A stretch of 64,000 nt of DNA from Camelus dromedarius (GCF_036321535.1 NC_087436.1:44518001-44582000); one strand, 5' to 3'; positions 37,101 through 51,931 are shown, counted from the first letter of the stretch. Notes: generated from the letters alone by a model not told the origin. Translations and numbers: made by a program.

Positions 37101-40100
37101 TTAGCAAGCCACTGCACTGGAAATTGGGAATACCTAAGGGATAGTCTTTCTGAAAGTTGTTCACTTTTCTATCACACAAAGTTTCCAATAGAAAATTTCC
37201 CTGTGCTCAAAAATACACTGTTGAATTGGATGTAATTAACATGTAAACATGTCAAATAGATGACAAATATTTACTGGAGGAAATCTAGCAGATTTTCAAC
37301 CTGGAAAAGAAAAGTAATATTATGTACAATATTTATTAAGGTTTCATGATATTTTTCTTACTTTTCAATATTTTATAAATATGTTCTTCTTTATCTGGCA
37401 TACTGTTAAATGTGTGAAAAGAAACTTTACAGAATACCTGGGAACTTTCATTTTTTTATTTTGTCTTCTCAATGGCATATTTTACTTGAGCAATTGCTTT
37501 ACTTGGAAAAATTTTTAGAATTTTTATCTGTGTCTATTTGTTTTCCAAATACATTATGAAAAAAGGAAGTAGGAAAAATGTTAGGAGTGAATTACCCATC
37601 CCATTGCATTTAGTGGTTCTAAATTTTCAGAATTAAGATTGAATATTAAGGTTTAGTAATCTCCTAAAGAATTGCCTTGAGACAGTGTTTAAGTTAAATG
37701 CAATTACAATATTATCTTGTTATTTCCACTTACTGTCAGGGAAAAGTCTGCTTTTCCACATAGATTTTCATTTAGTTCTCATGAAATCATCCACTTCTAC
37801 ACTGTGGTGCTGCATGCCCCCGGCATGTCCTCTAGAGCACAATTTCAGTGAGACTTGTTGATAATTTGAAACAGATTTAGAAACAATGATTATCACACAA
37901 AATATCAATAGAATTACATTTAACTGTTGAATGGATTTAATTTTGGTATTTTAATAAAATATATGTATGGCATCCTGTGATTTTAATCTCCTTGTGTTTA
38001 TGAATAAAAGTCCTAAAGCATTTCGGTAGTGGCAAGATAAAGACATGAGATTACTGGATACATTTATTCACTCTGTTAAAAAAAATTGTTGATGAGTGGT
38101 TTCCTTATATCACACATTGATTCCATGAGTATAAGAAACAGAATCATAGGAGTCAAAAGAAATATTATTTAATTACAGATGCTATACGACCAAGTTTCAA
38201 ATACACACACGCACTCTAGCTAGTTTCCAATTTTTTAAGAAGCAAGAAGTTTTCAATGTCTCTTGGGTGGGGTCAGGCATAGCTTTGTGGTCTATATAGT
38301 ATCTGGATTTCCCTACAAATCGAGACACGTCTTCCAAATCATTTCACATTCCTGTATCAACTCACTATCACATATTTTCTCTTCTTAAATCTCTGATGAT
38401 AAGTCCTGGAAATCCTAGACAAGAATTTTCCTCAGCAGTGTGACACACTTTATGTTTCTGATTCTCGAGAAATAAGAACTGTTTTATGTTTTATGTTCTT
38501 AGATTAATCAAATCTTTCAAAAATTATCATAGTAAATTGAGTTGTTTAATTCCAGATGTGATGCCCATAACAATATTAATCCAGAAAAGTGATTCAGGAA
38601 AGGTCAAGGGCAGTAAGGCCAGTTTTACTTCTACCATTGTATAGGAGTAGTTTAAGTTAGTTTAAGTTAACTTCAGCCATTCCATGAAGAGCTATGCAGT
38701 ATGTCCTGACTTACTCAGTACAACAGTAGTAAGTAGAGAAAGTGATCACCAGCATCAGTCCCTGGGATCTGTGTAGAGGGATTCCCTTTTAACCTGGTGA
38801 CCCAAACAGCTCCACACCCTGATTCAGATGACAGGAACATTCACTTTAATACTCCTAACTATAGGTTTGGAAAGCAGTCTGTAATTAAGGGCAGGTGATT
38901 GAGAATCATTGATAAACCCAAACAACCCCCATCATTCAGAACCTAGTGGTATGGAAGCCATTTAAACAAATAACCTCTAACTGCTTGTAATTGATGTGCA
39001 AGTGTATAATTTATACTATTTTCCTCTGGACCTGCTCAACCAAAGCATTCATTTCCTGTTCAGTGATGGTGTTTGGTGCGACGTTTAAGACATTTGTGAG
39101 ACATATCCTTCCGCTGATATTGAACATATTGACTGGTATTTCCTAATCGATCCCATGCAATGATAAGGAAAAAGAAAACAAAACCCCTGTTTAAAGTTTT
39201 CCGTATCCAGCTCTAAGTATATCTGTCTGAAATGATTTGTGAAACAAGGTGAGGAATACATAAATGATTAAGTGAATTCATATTTTTATCTTGCATACCG
39301 TTTCTCTCTCTCTCTTGCTCGCTCTCTCAACTACAGAAAAAGTTTATCTAAAAGTTTTTGTATCCCTTACGTTCGTCTGTTTATCTCATCAAAATTCATA
39401 CCACATGAAACTAAGTAATTATTGCATAGAAATGTGTTCTCTTTTGGTTGCTTCTTTCTTTCATTCCCTTTTATTTCTCCCTTTGTCATCATTTCATAAA
39501 TAGCCTGATGATACTTCAGTATTTTAAAAAAATTTACAGAAAATTCAGTGAGCAATTCATAAATTAAAGCATTACATACCACAGTAAGTATTCTCGCAGG
39601 TAACTAGCCTCATTCTTTGTAAAACACTACAGGGTGATTCCATATCATGCTCAGGAGAACATAATTAGTGTAGAGGTTGTTTGGGCTCTCAATTTCCTCA
39701 CAAGCTTGAAACTAAAAGAAAAGAAATGAGTGCACAGGTATAAGACTTGGATCGTTCACCACCAATTCACTGATTTAAAAAGAATATAAAAGAAAAAGTA
39801 GGAAGAAACTGAACTTTTAAGGTTTAACTGTAAACTTTAAACAATTAAAAAATAACAGGAGTGTAAAGTAAGAAGACAATAGCAGTGTTAAAAATCTCCT
39901 GTCTCCTTACGTCCAGGCTTGTCTCACTATGGAGAAATATTAGCTCCATGCTTGTTGAGGACAAGATCCCTAGATTTCAAAGAGGTTTTTGTTTTTAATC
40001 AGCTTAAAGCTTTACAGCTTGCCACACCCTGGGAAGGAAAAGTTGCCCCTAGTTTTCCCAGCTATCTGAAAGAGTAAGAATGACGGCATTATTATCATGG

Positions 40101-42779
40101 TAGAAACATCACCTGCCAGTTTAAATGCACATTTGGTAAACCTCTCTCATAAGTATGGATCTAACTAGTCAATTAGCAGATGAAGTCACACTGTTTGGTT
40201 TAGTTTCATGTCATTTCACCAGAAATTACATTGGTCTTATGTTAATTTGTATTTTCTTCCTGTTTTGGTTTTCCAAGTATGGGCATATTACTGGTTATAA
40301 CAATACTTATATTTCTGAGTTAATATATTAAGTATAGGTATATGAATAAGAAAATTCAATAGATAAAATATATGACAACAAAAACACAAGATTAAGAATA
40401 TGTAATTATGTTAAATGGACCTGTAAGAACATATGGTGTACCATATACTAAAATTACATGAAGACTGACTGTGTAATTTCCATTCCTGAGGTCATTTTAT
40501 TTCTATTTCCCCACCCTCATCAAACACATATTTATTATCATAATAAATATTTTGTCTATGAGATGTAAATATTTAAATAATTTTACGAAAGGAAAGTTTA
40601 AACATAATTGATACATCATTTGTTTCTACCTACCTAAATATACCAAAAGCAACATTTTCTGACTTTATTACAGATGGGGAAAAAAAGAATTTTTAAAAGG
40701 TAAACCTCAAAAAGGAAAATGTCCTTAACACCTATTATTTGAGATACTACTATCTCAGTAACTTTCAGGGCTCTTGAGAATCAAATCTGAATGTCATATT
40801 TACCTACTAGCTGTAAAGTATATCGAAATAGGTACCAGGATGGGGCAAAAAACCAAGACCATAGGGCAAGGGGGCTACACCTGGCAGCAGGTTGATGCAT
40901 TAACCTTTTGCCTTATGGCACCTGAGGTTAAAGTGTGCTTTAAACGAAAGATGTAATGATTGTGGTATCTCAATTCCAGACCAGTTGGTATTTGCCCACA
41001 TCTTTGAACACCAGCAATTGAAATACCATACACTGACTGTGGCTCTATGAGTTATACAGTAGGAAGGAAAGGGAAGGTAGTTCTCCCACTGCCTGGGCTC
41101 TTGGGAGGAAGAGTGAAGAGATGTAAAGGAGGAGTAATTAACCTGGGAGTAGTTTTACTGGGGTGGGGATGTGGGAAGGCTGATTCAGTCACTGGGAACA
41201 AACAGTAGTCCAGACTGTCTTGTTCTGAGGGACTTTAACAATATTGCCTGTCTTGTAATTATTTTATTTGAGAATATTGCCCCTAGTTCTATTGGTAATA
41301 GGGTTTCCCTTCTGAATTTACAAGCACTGGTCTAGGGGAGCAGGAGAAAGTTTCCTATCTTAGTAAAGGCAGAAACCATATCATGAGGATCAGTCACCTC
41401 ACCTGTAAAGTGGACATAAAATATTATTTTACTTCACTAAAAAGAAATCTGCTATGTAGGTCAGATGACCTCCTTAGCTCTCTGACAGATCCACAGATCT
41501 GAGTCCTGTGATTCAGACTGAATTATTATTGGGTACAGTTGGTAAATTGTTTATTTCATTCAGAAACATTAAAGCATATGAAAATTGACTTTCATTAATT
41601 ATAAAAATTAAAATGCATAAGCTCTTAAAAGTTACAAAATTTCATTGGGTTCAAAATATTTCAATTATCATAATTAAAAAAAATATCCATATATAAATAT
41701 AATATTGCATTAAATAAATTTTATTTCTTACATGCAGGACATTTTATCGCAAATGCCAATATTCCCTTATAGTTTCAGAAAATAAAAACTTTCAAAATAC
41801 AGCATATTTAAATAAATATAATTTAATCTGCCCATAATGAGTAAAATAAAGCATAATTTTATCTTTTTTAAAAAAATTTTTTACATCAGCTAATGCTTAA
41901 ACCTTTCCCACTTTTCCTGGATTAAATGTGAGGCCAGTTCAGTTCATAGTCAAAATTACAGAAGAAATACTGTGAAATACATCAGGAATAAATAAAAGCC
42001 CCATACTTAGTACTAACTGATTCGTAATATAATGTTCTCAAATGCAATTGTTAGACCTAATTTTCTCAACTCTTCTTGGGCCTGAGGATGGAAGTAATTT
42101 TACTCTTGTTGGATTGTGTTGTCTTCACTTCTCCCCTACAAAATATGCTGAAAGATATGGATTGAACATATGTGTTTATCTCTTTTTCCTCCTAAAACAC
42201 CACTCAAACCCACCAAAATAGAAAAAACTCTGTTAACTATCCAGAGCAAGGGAATGGTAGAATATAACATAAATTTTAAGAAATTTTGTGAAATTGTAAA
42301 GATGATGCAAGAATTGCAATTGACTCTTGAGAGAGCAAAGGGAGTTCCAATCTAAGTGATGTCTGTGACTAGAAATAAGCATTGAACTAGAAATAAGCAA
42401 TCAGGTTAAAGTCTATAGACAGCACAATGGGCCTTTAGTTTCCCTTTCCCAACCTGCTACCCACCCATATTGACCTACTCACACACCCACACACAGCAAG
42501 CCGGATGTTTATTCATTGAGAATATGGGTCACAGGTATAGCTGAAGGTCGGGGTGAGGCACAGAGCTGACACCAAGGGATTAGATGAAAGCTTGAATCCT
42601 GACTAATCAGAATCTCCAGTCTGTTCTCTCCTTGACTTGTTCCCAGGACAGCATCCAGGCAAAAAATGAGAATATTCTTCTCTGAAGGAGTGGAGCTCCT
42701 AAGAGACAGTATCTAGACAGACTGGCACTGGGGGGTTCCTAGTGTAGCGCTAACCACCAAACATTGTACAGAAACCTAG

Positions 42780-43777
42780 TAAAATGATTTTTAATAATCA
42801 ATAAGAAAAAATTAAAATTGCTCCATATCTTTAAAAAAATTTTGTGAAAACATTGAAGATTATTTTGCTGTCATTTACAAATGTACAGGGAAATAAAAAA
42901 TAGTAAACTAACATTTGTTTAGTATCCTGAAATTCAAAACATTAGAATAAATGAGAATGTTTTATATCTTTGTTTAAAAAAAAAAAAAACCTGCCAAGAA
43001 TACACTGAACTCTGCATGCCTTTTCATCGTATAACTTACTGTTTGGACTGAGCATCTTTTCTATGCCTTGGTGAACTGTCATATTCCTTTCTAAATTTGG
43101 GTCAGCTTCCAACATTTTATCTTTTGTACTTTCAGTGCCCTGAAATAGCTCTGAGAGTTGCATTCATGTGAAGCTTTTTGCCAGCAGCATTTCTTCTGGG
43201 ATGTTGTCATCACAACCACGTTTCTTATTTATGTCAATAGATTAGTCTTTACTCAGTTCCTTTGGCTCCACGTTGGGAGTCTCTTGAATACAGCAATGTC
43301 AGCATCCATGCAGTCAGCTGTTTCTTCTTTAGCTCCATTTATATTTGATTCAACTTTCACTTCCAGCATTATCATTTTTTATTTCTTTGCTGTACTTTCA
43401 TCTTTATTAGCCAGTTCCTCCTTTTAATTACCAAGTTTTGTAAAATGGCATGTGGGTTTGTCACTGAGGCAAGGAGACAGCATAGCCATGCACTTTGCTG
43501 TCTATGTATGAAGTAAAAACAGATACACGGTGACCAAGCCTTGGCAGACTTGAAAAGAAGTGACGTACTCAGTCTTTGACCATCATAGGCATCTGTTATT
43601 ATATAGTGAGTTGTGAACTGAAGAGCTAGCAGTGAAATTTATACTTTTTACAGTTATTCTCAGTTAATGCACTGTGGTAACTGAAATTTGTACTGTGTCA
43701 TAGAAGAACTGGTATTATTTCACGTAACCGTGGTGACTGAAATTCATGCATGCTGGCACCATACAAAGTGAGGACTG
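42780..43777 (-). mobile_element. TcMar-Tigger non-autonomous element (~1 kb) with transposase C-terminal remnant
   Basis: End cagtcctcactttgtatgg on minus; ORF 42942-43163 LSELFQGTESTKDKMLEADPNLERNMTVHQGIEKML..YDEK resembles the Tigger/pogo transposase C-terminus. Confidence 0.8.
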
Positions 43778-44999
43778 GATTTTTATTGTACCTAGAACCT
43801 CCTCTACCTAGTCACCTTGCCATTTTTTGATAAAAGAATGAAACTTTTTTCTAGTATATCATGTTTATTTACTGTTTGGACAATAATCAGGAATAGGTTT
43901 ATAACTCAAGGGATTGCATTTTTTATTAATACATGAAATAGACTGCAAGGAAATAGATCTCAACTACTTAAGTTCAAATTCTGAAAGCATCAGAACGTAA
44001 CGTTTTTTTCTTTACTGGATCAAAGTTTATTCTAATCCCTTTTATCACAATATAGACAGTATACTCATATTTAGTACATCAGAGTTTGATAGAAATCGAT
44101 GCTGTGCCTATAGTTTTACCACTCTCAATAGAGAGAATTCTCCCTTCTAAAATTCAAAAGAAAAAAGTCAGCTACTTAATGTAAAATTAGCCCTTTAGGT
44201 ATTTCTTTAGGAAAAGTGACAAATGATCTCTATTGATTCATAGGCCTGTTTCGGATTGTGCTATATAATTAGGTTTTAAGGAAGAATCTGAGGTTATTAA
44301 ATGGAATGAGAGTGGTGCTGATGCAGTAGAAAAGGAAGTTAAACACTGTAATGGCAGGGAGTGTTGGCAGAAATTAATTTAAACTAGTGCTTTGGCACCA
44401 GTTTTGTGAGTTACGGATATTTTCCAAGAGCTCATTTTTAGTAGGAGAACCACATCTCTGTGATTTTGCAGTTTCTCTTCCTTCAAATGGTGGAGACCAC
44501 TAAAGGGGAATATAATGAGACATCGCAAATCTTAGTGACTCCATATAGGGATGTTGGGTTTACTTCGTGGGAAAATATGTGAAACTGCTCCAGTTAGGAA
44601 TTAGGCTTTCTTTGCATTTAACAGCTCTTTTCAGTGCCAATGACTAGGCGTTCTCTCTCATTTTCTTTTTTCATGCTATTCTCATATTATACTTTTCTGA
44701 AAACTTTTGCTATGTTACTCACTTCATAATGATGCTTGAGAAACCATTTTGTCCTTTCTCTGGCTCAAAGTCCCCAAATTGTCACAAGTATTTAAAAGTT
44801 TTTGACTCCTTGTCTTCACACACATTTCTCCAAGGGAGTCTTTGTAACCATCACATACACACTGGCATATTTCTGAGACACTAGTATTAGTCCTACTTTT
44901 GAAACTCTATATATAAATCAGTTATATTTTCTTAGGCCATTGACAATTCAGTTACTTTCTTTGCCTCAGAAGTTTAGGGTTATTTGTCCAAAAAGAAAT

Positions 45000-47030
45000 T
45001 GAAACCAATTATTCAGGAAATTATTCAGTAAATACATAGAAGATCAGGAAAATACTATTAATCACCTAGATCATTTATATTTGTAGATCACTACACCTAG
45101 AATACACACTCTTTTCAATTGGAATTCAAATGAATTCCAAGCATTCAGCAAGTAAGAAAGATCGTACATTTGGCCAGAAAACAAATCTCAATAAATTTAT
45201 AATGAAATCATACAGAGTATAGTATCTGGCCACAATGGAATAAAATGACAAATAAATAACAATAAGATATCTAGGAAATACTAAATATTTAGGAGTTAAA
45301 CAGAAAACTTCCAAACCATCTAAGGATCAAAAAGAAAGGAAATATTATAAAATGAATAATAAAAATTCAATTAATCAAAATTTGTGCAGCTAAAGCGGTA
45401 CTTACAGGAAAATTGAAAGCTCTAGGTTTGTTTATTAGCAAATAAGAAAGTCTAAAAGGCCTGAGTGAAACCTTAAGAAGATAGAAAAGGAATAGAAAAG
45501 AAGAAAATAGAGGAAAAGAATATGTAGAAAAAACTCTGTCAATCCTTACTTTACTACATATGAAAAAGACACTTGTGATGATTATAGACTTAAACCTAAA
45601 AATTCAAAGTTTAAAACTTTTGGAGGAAAATATAAGAGAATATCTTTGTCATCTGTTTGTAAGCAAAGTTTTCTTAGCGTATGGAAAGCAGTAAAGAGAA
45701 AAGAAAAATCAGTAACTTAGTCTTCACCAAAATGAAGCGCTTCAGCTCATCTAAAGTCACTATTAAAAAATTTAAGGGGGTGGGTGGTAATAGCTCAATG
45801 TAGAGTGTCCTTGCAAGTGGTCCTGAGTTCAATCCCCAGTGCCTCCATTTAAAAAAAAAAAAATGAGTAGACTAGCTTTAGATGGAGAGAAAATATTCTC
45901 AAGATATATATCTGACAAAGGACTGATATCCAAGACATAATGAATTTCTAATAGTCAAAAATAAAAATTTCAAATAGCCCAATTAAACATGGACAAAATG
46001 TTTTATAATAGTATTCACAAAACAGATTTATCAATAGTCACAAAGGATATGAAAATGTGTTCAACACCATTAGTCATTAGGAAAATGCAAATTAGTACCA
46101 CAATGAGGTACCATTACATGCCCAACCACAATGGCTATCATTTAAGATCTGATAATACAAAATATTTGTGAGGATGTGAAACAACTAGAAGTCTTATACA
46201 CTGTTAGCCTGAATGTAAAATTATACAACCACATTGGACAAAGTGCTGTCAATTGTAAAACTAAATTTACTCCTGTTTTATGACTCAAAAGTTTCACTCT
46301 AAGACAGATGAACCCTGTATTTACAAAATAATTATAAATAATATTAAAGTGGCCTTGTTTATAATAGCCCAAACTGGAAATAGCCTAGTTGTTCATCACT
46401 GGAAAAGTGGATAAAGACATAGTGGTATATTTATGCAATGAAATATTACTCATCAATAAAAAAGAACAAACTAACAGCACAGAATAGACCAAACTCCAAA
46501 ATATTATGCAAAGTGAAAGAAGTCCTACACAGAGAGTACATATTGTATGAATTCATTTATATTAAGATCCAGAACAAGCAAAACTAATCTGTGGTGGAAG
46601 AATCAGAGCAGTAATTGCCTCAGGTTCAGGGAGGAAGTAGGATTGGGGATTGACTGGGAAGGGGCACAAGGAAAATTTTGAGAGTGATGACAATTCTCTA
46701 TATTTGAGAGAGGTTTTGTTTACCCTAGTATATACACTTGTCAAATGCTCATGATTAAGATTTGTGCATTTCATTGTAAGCTTTATATGAAAATACTGTA
46801 AGCAAATATTAAATTCTGAGTAATGATATGTATGGTGAAGTATTTATCAACAAGTGAATAGAAGTTTGCAATATATTTGAAATTTATTAAAATATAAATT
46901 AATAGGTGTTGGTCATAACAAATACAGTAAAATGAGAGAATCTAGGTGATGGATATGTGGTGTTCACTGTAAAATTCTTTTAACTTTGTTGTATGTTTGA
47001 CAATTTTTATAATAAATTGTTGGGGAAAGA
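45000..47030 (+). mobile_element. Old L1 (L1MC/D/E-type) ORF2 fragments plus 3'UTR
   Basis: Endonuclease-region relic (ggccagaaaacaaatctcaataaattt), MKMCSTPLVIRKMQISTTMRYHY (45989-46171), and 3'UTR aaaactaatctgtggtggaagaatcagagc...gatttgtgcatttcattgta. Confidence 0.8.
45776..45863 (+). mobile_element. Short tRNA-derived SINE (Vic-1-like, camelid) inserted in L1
   Basis: G-rich head, box A tagctcaatgt, box B gagttcaatcc, ccagtgcctcca, then poly(A). Confidence 0.8.
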
Positions 47031-47249
47031 TATAGAATAAAGGAAATTCTTATATACTGTTGGTTAAATGCAAATTTATACAACTTTTCTCTAAAACAAT
47101 CAGTGGATATATTCATAATATTCATACTTTGATATTATAAGTACACTTCAAGAAATATTCCAATAGGAAATGATAAAAAATATTAATACCTAATCCTCAT
47201 AATAATGCTTTAGAAAAAAATTAAATGACTGGTTTTTAAAAAGTCAAGT

Positions 47250-47445
47250 AATTTTTAATAAACTTTTAATTTTAGAGTTGTTTTAGATATGCTGAAAAGT
47301 TGCAGAGAAGAGTACAGAGTTCCAGTATAATCTGAACCCAGTTTCTCTTATTGTTAATATTTTACATTGCTGTGGTACATTTGTCAAAACTAATGTACCA
47401 ATAAACTAAAATGTATATTGTATTCAATTTTCCTTAGTTTTAGCT
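47250..47445 (-). mobile_element. L1MC-type 3' terminus
   Basis: ttttagagttgttttagatatgctgaaaagttgcagagaagagtacagagttcc...tgtggtacatttgtcaaaactaa. Confidence 0.7.
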
Positions 47446-49739
47446 TACTTTATTGGATGAACTATTTTACAGTTATCAAAGTGATTTTAAAGGGTTTTGA
47501 ACAACATAGTAAAATGCTTGTGATACAATATTAATGGAAAACTCAACATGGTCACCATTAAAGTATAAGTTGAATGTATCTTTCTATTAGTTTTCAGTAA
47601 AAAGAATGGCACTCATTTTTCTTTGTCTTCTTTTCTCCTTTTTTACCCTTCCTCTCTCCCTTCCTCCATTGCCTTCCTTCCATCCTTCCTTCCTTCCTTT
47701 TTGAATTTAAATATTTGGTGTACAAATACACATTTTTATCTTTTGAAATGGATGAAAAAGTGAAGTTCTAGTTAAGTCACACTTAAGAGAGTCTTTTAAA
47801 TTAAAATTGAAATACAGAGCTTGATACAAATCAAGGCCTGAACAGTAAGGCAACAACCTATAACCAAAGACAAAAATGTATGTAAAAGGACAGTCCTGTA
47901 TATTTTCCCAACCCAGTGATACTAATGCAAAATATTGTAATGGACTTCACCTGGTACAAAACCCCATACAATGTGTTACAACATAAGAAAACAGAATGCA
48001 GGCTGACACATAATGACACCCATCAAAATGCTGGAGGAAACTGGAAACAGATACTGTGTTGGGGAGTGATGGTTGTTCTTATGTTATACGGTGTGATTTG
48101 AAGAGGTTACCCCAAATGGGATGTGTAACTCTTTTACCCCAGGACCATGGCTGCCGTACTCATGATTTATAGAAACATGTGGCATTCTGCAATGCTCCTC
48201 CTCCATAAAAATCATCCTTAGCCAGCTGGGTAAGGTTAACTAGGAACTAATCATAAACATCTGGTCAGTTTACATACATGTTGCCTTTATTCCTCGCTTT
48301 TCACTAAATGAAGAATCTGTCTACTTTCATACAAATTATTTTAGCTTTTTAAAATTTCTCTCATAATAAAAAAGGAAAATTAAATATTTCTTTTTAATAT
48401 TTTAGCCCCAATACTTTTTATTTCTTAGACTGACTCTTACAATTTAGCAAAACTTGTTTCTTCTCAAAATACATGGTCACTTAGCATTATATGAAAATCT
48501 CTGACATTTTCAACTTAGCAATATATTTTTTACATGTAAATAATGGCCCATGACATGATATTCTATTAGAGAAGCATTAGTTTTTCAAATGGGTCTTAGG
48601 TAAATTTATTTTGGGGGGGGTACAACTAAAATACCTCATATAATAGTTATGGACTTACTTTATGAGTGATAGAAACATTCCCCACCTAATGATCATGCAT
48701 TCATTTATTAGCTATTCCCTCTCCCACTCTTTCTCCTGCTCCTCTCTTCTTCTCCTTCCTTTCTTTCCCTCTCCCTCTCTCTTGAAGTCATCTGCAGAGT
48801 TTCGCTAAGCATTACATCTTTTATGGATTTTTTTCTCATACTAAGATACTTCCTAAAATTTATGAATATCTAATTAAGTGATTTATCTATTTTGTCTGTT
48901 TTCATGACATCTTTGCAGAGAGAGTATACGGCCATGAAAGCTGAAAAACTCTGAATATCAGAAATACTTTCTTTGAAATTCTTAAATTCTGATTTGATTC
49001 ACATTGTGTAACACAAATTCCTAATACAAAGTACACACTGGGGGCATAAGTTTGCTCACAGCCCAGGCTATAGAATCTCCATGATCCACATATGTTGAAG
49101 TTCTTTAGAAAAAATCTAGACATGATCGCCCATGTGACCTGTTTTACTCATTTCCATTCTTCCTTCTGTCCTTTCCAATTATTTATCAAAGTTCCACCTC
49201 AAATTTATTCCTAACAGAAAACTTTACCTAAACTTTTCCTCAGCTGCCTCTCCATGTGTGCCATGAGCCAAGTTGGCTTTTGTGGTTTTTGTTTTGCTTT
49301 TGTGTGTGCTCTGTGTTTTAACTTTCCAGCTAGATTTTTGAATGGATTGAGAGCACAGTCTGTTTTCTACTGATAAAACACTCTGCAAAAAACCGCTTCA
49401 TGAAACTCTTGGGTCACTGTTATAATGTGCTGTATATTGATGTAAAAGCTCTTGTCTTTTCTACAAGGATACTGTATTTAAGCTAATACTATTTTACTGA
49501 GCTTTCAGCTTACTATCATAGCAATAACTGTAGTCACTAGGCAATCATAAAGCTGACTTTAATGTATCAGAATTGGGTTTAATATTTTTGCAAAACAGTG
49601 GAATATTAACCTTTTGAAATTGTATGGTAAATCTTAAAGGATTACAATTATTTGACAAATGTAATATATACCATGGGTATTTTAAGAGTTTGCAACTAAA
49701 TGATCTGCAGTATTTTTTTAAAGGGAAAAGTTGATTAGT

Positions 49740-49950
49740 ATCTCCATTTATGAGGGAATGATTAGCACCAAATACTGCACTAAACATTTTACATAGATTA
49801 TCGTATTCCATCCTCTCATTGGCTATTAACTTTATTTTATGGATAAGGAAACTGAAGCTCAGGAATTTAAGCAGATTGTCTAAGATTATTTGGCAAAAAA
49901 TTGGCTGAGTCAGAGTTTGAACCTATGCCTGTCTGAATCCAATTCTTATA
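49740..49950 (-). mobile_element. MIR
   Basis: attttatggataaggaaactgaagctcagg...ggctgagtcagagtttgaacctatgcctgtctga. Confidence 0.75.
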
Positions 49951-51839
49951 CCTCATCTGCATAAAGAAGATATAAACTTAAAACTCAAATTCCAAATATT
50001 TATATGGTATTTGAATATGAATTTTCATTCCTGTGTTACCACTGCGGTTTATTTATACTACCCAGGTAACGTTAAATATCTAGAGTCCCTTGTCAGCCTA
50101 GAATTTTTCTGTTAGAAAATTTCTACAAAATTTTTGTTAGAATTATTTCTCAGAAAAAAATCTATCCCTTAGAAATGACACCCAGTAATAGGCAAATTGC
50201 AAAATTACCTGACAGTTGTGATGCATCCTCCAGTATTAAACAGAATGGCTGTCTAAGAACACTTTGGCAACTTGAAATTCAATAGAATTTGATATTCTCC
50301 CTGTCAAACCTGAACAAGGCTGCTCTAACTGTAAATTCACCTAAAATACATTTGAGACACTCTTAGTACATATATCCAGAGGGAATCCATAAGAACTCTG
50401 AAAATATGTCATGAATTTTGTCTTGTGGTGGCTGAATGTTTAGATGGAAGCAAAAGCATTTTATTTTCTTGGTAGAGCAACAGAATAGTTAACACATTTA
50501 TCTTTATGGTTCTGTAGTGTATGCCTCCAAAACTGTATTGCAGTTAATCTGTAATCTTTAAATTCTACACTGTGAATCCCAGGGTTGAGAACGAGAGAAG
50601 GGGAGGAACAATGGGAAACAGTGGATGGAGAAGAAAGCAGAGCTGAAACAGTAAAAGAATTTTGCCTCCATTTTCCCCAGAATGGGAAAAATCCTTCTGT
50701 AGAACATCGAAAGCGCAAACTTAATCACATGCAAACCACAGCACTATACTGTTCCATTTCAGAAAGGTAGTAGTTGTACATTACTTCAAAGCTGTGATTT
50801 CATGGAATTTAACTGGTAGTTTTTCCTTAGAATCTTTGCGCCATTTGAAGTCTCCTCAGGGAACATGGGATTAGTTAGGGGAGATTAGATATGGGTACAA
50901 ATAACCACAAAGAAAGGCAGAAAATGCTGTTATACAACAGTTAATGCAAATGCTGTAGATGAAATGTCAAGTAAGGTTCATAATAGGAAATGATTTTTGA
51001 AATAAACCTCAAAGAATAGATGGAATTTATCTAGGTATATGTGGGATGGAGAGATAGTTCAGGCATGGGAAATGCAATTAGATGCCGTCTAGAGGGCAGT
51101 CACTTGGGCAAGTTTGGTGATTAGCAGACTTTAGGATAAGACTGCAAAAATGGAGTTAAGTCAAGGTGAGGTTTTCACCTTGCAGAGCTGCCTCTGAAGA
51201 GACTCTGTCGTAGGCTTTCTTCCTTTTGTTTACACCCCGAAAGAAGACTGTCAGGATGGATATGTCATTTGTATCCCTTTCCCTATGCAACAAGTAAAGA
51301 CAAAAAAGAGTGAAATCTAGCATCTATCTTCTGCCTAAAAAGATGGAACTCTGACTGATTAGCGGAATGAAGAGCAGTTGCTTGAAGGGGTGATTGGAAT
51401 GGTGGTCACTCAGCACCCCTGCAGGTGAAGACAAGACAGCTTGGCTGCAGCCTTCCTGGTATTGCCAGTGACATAAAGGGAGGGCCACTAAAGCACACTT
51501 CTGGCCCTGCTTTGAAACTCACAACCTGAGAGGGCTGTGGGAAGCAATAAGGATACTGCTGCCCCAGCCTCCTGGCTTTCTCAGCTTCTCTCCAAGGCTC
51601 TCACCAAGGAAAAGTCACGAGTCAGCAACCTGAGCACTTAGCCTTTTCCAAGCTCCTCCCCCCACCATTGAAAAGTTAACATCCCATGGATTTAATCACA
51701 TCACCCCTTTCCATGTTACCAGTCACACCCTCACCACCCTTCTTAAGTTTGTGAGTGTACCATAAATGGGGGAACGTCTCTCACCACCTCTGAATAGTCA
51801 GTGATGTGACCCATAATTGTTGGAAGCACAAAATAATGG

Positions 51840-51931
51840 ATATTTGCACTGCTGTGAGACCTTGACAAGCTTCAGTTTTCTAATATGTAACATGGAGACA
51901 AGATACTTATTGTATAGGGTTGTTGTGGGTG

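Noticed and set aside
37810..37830. p53/p63-like dimer site ctgcatgccc-c-cggcatgtcc
   Set aside because: Three mismatches in the purine flanks plus a spacer; not distinguishable from chance without data
42942..43163. Possible domesticated TIGD-type gene
   Set aside because: Only a short C-terminal remnant inside an internally deleted Tigger element; no DDE domain or long ORF
45776..45847. tRNA gene
   Set aside because: Anticodon arm degenerate, poly(A) tail present and inserted in an L1, so it is a SINE
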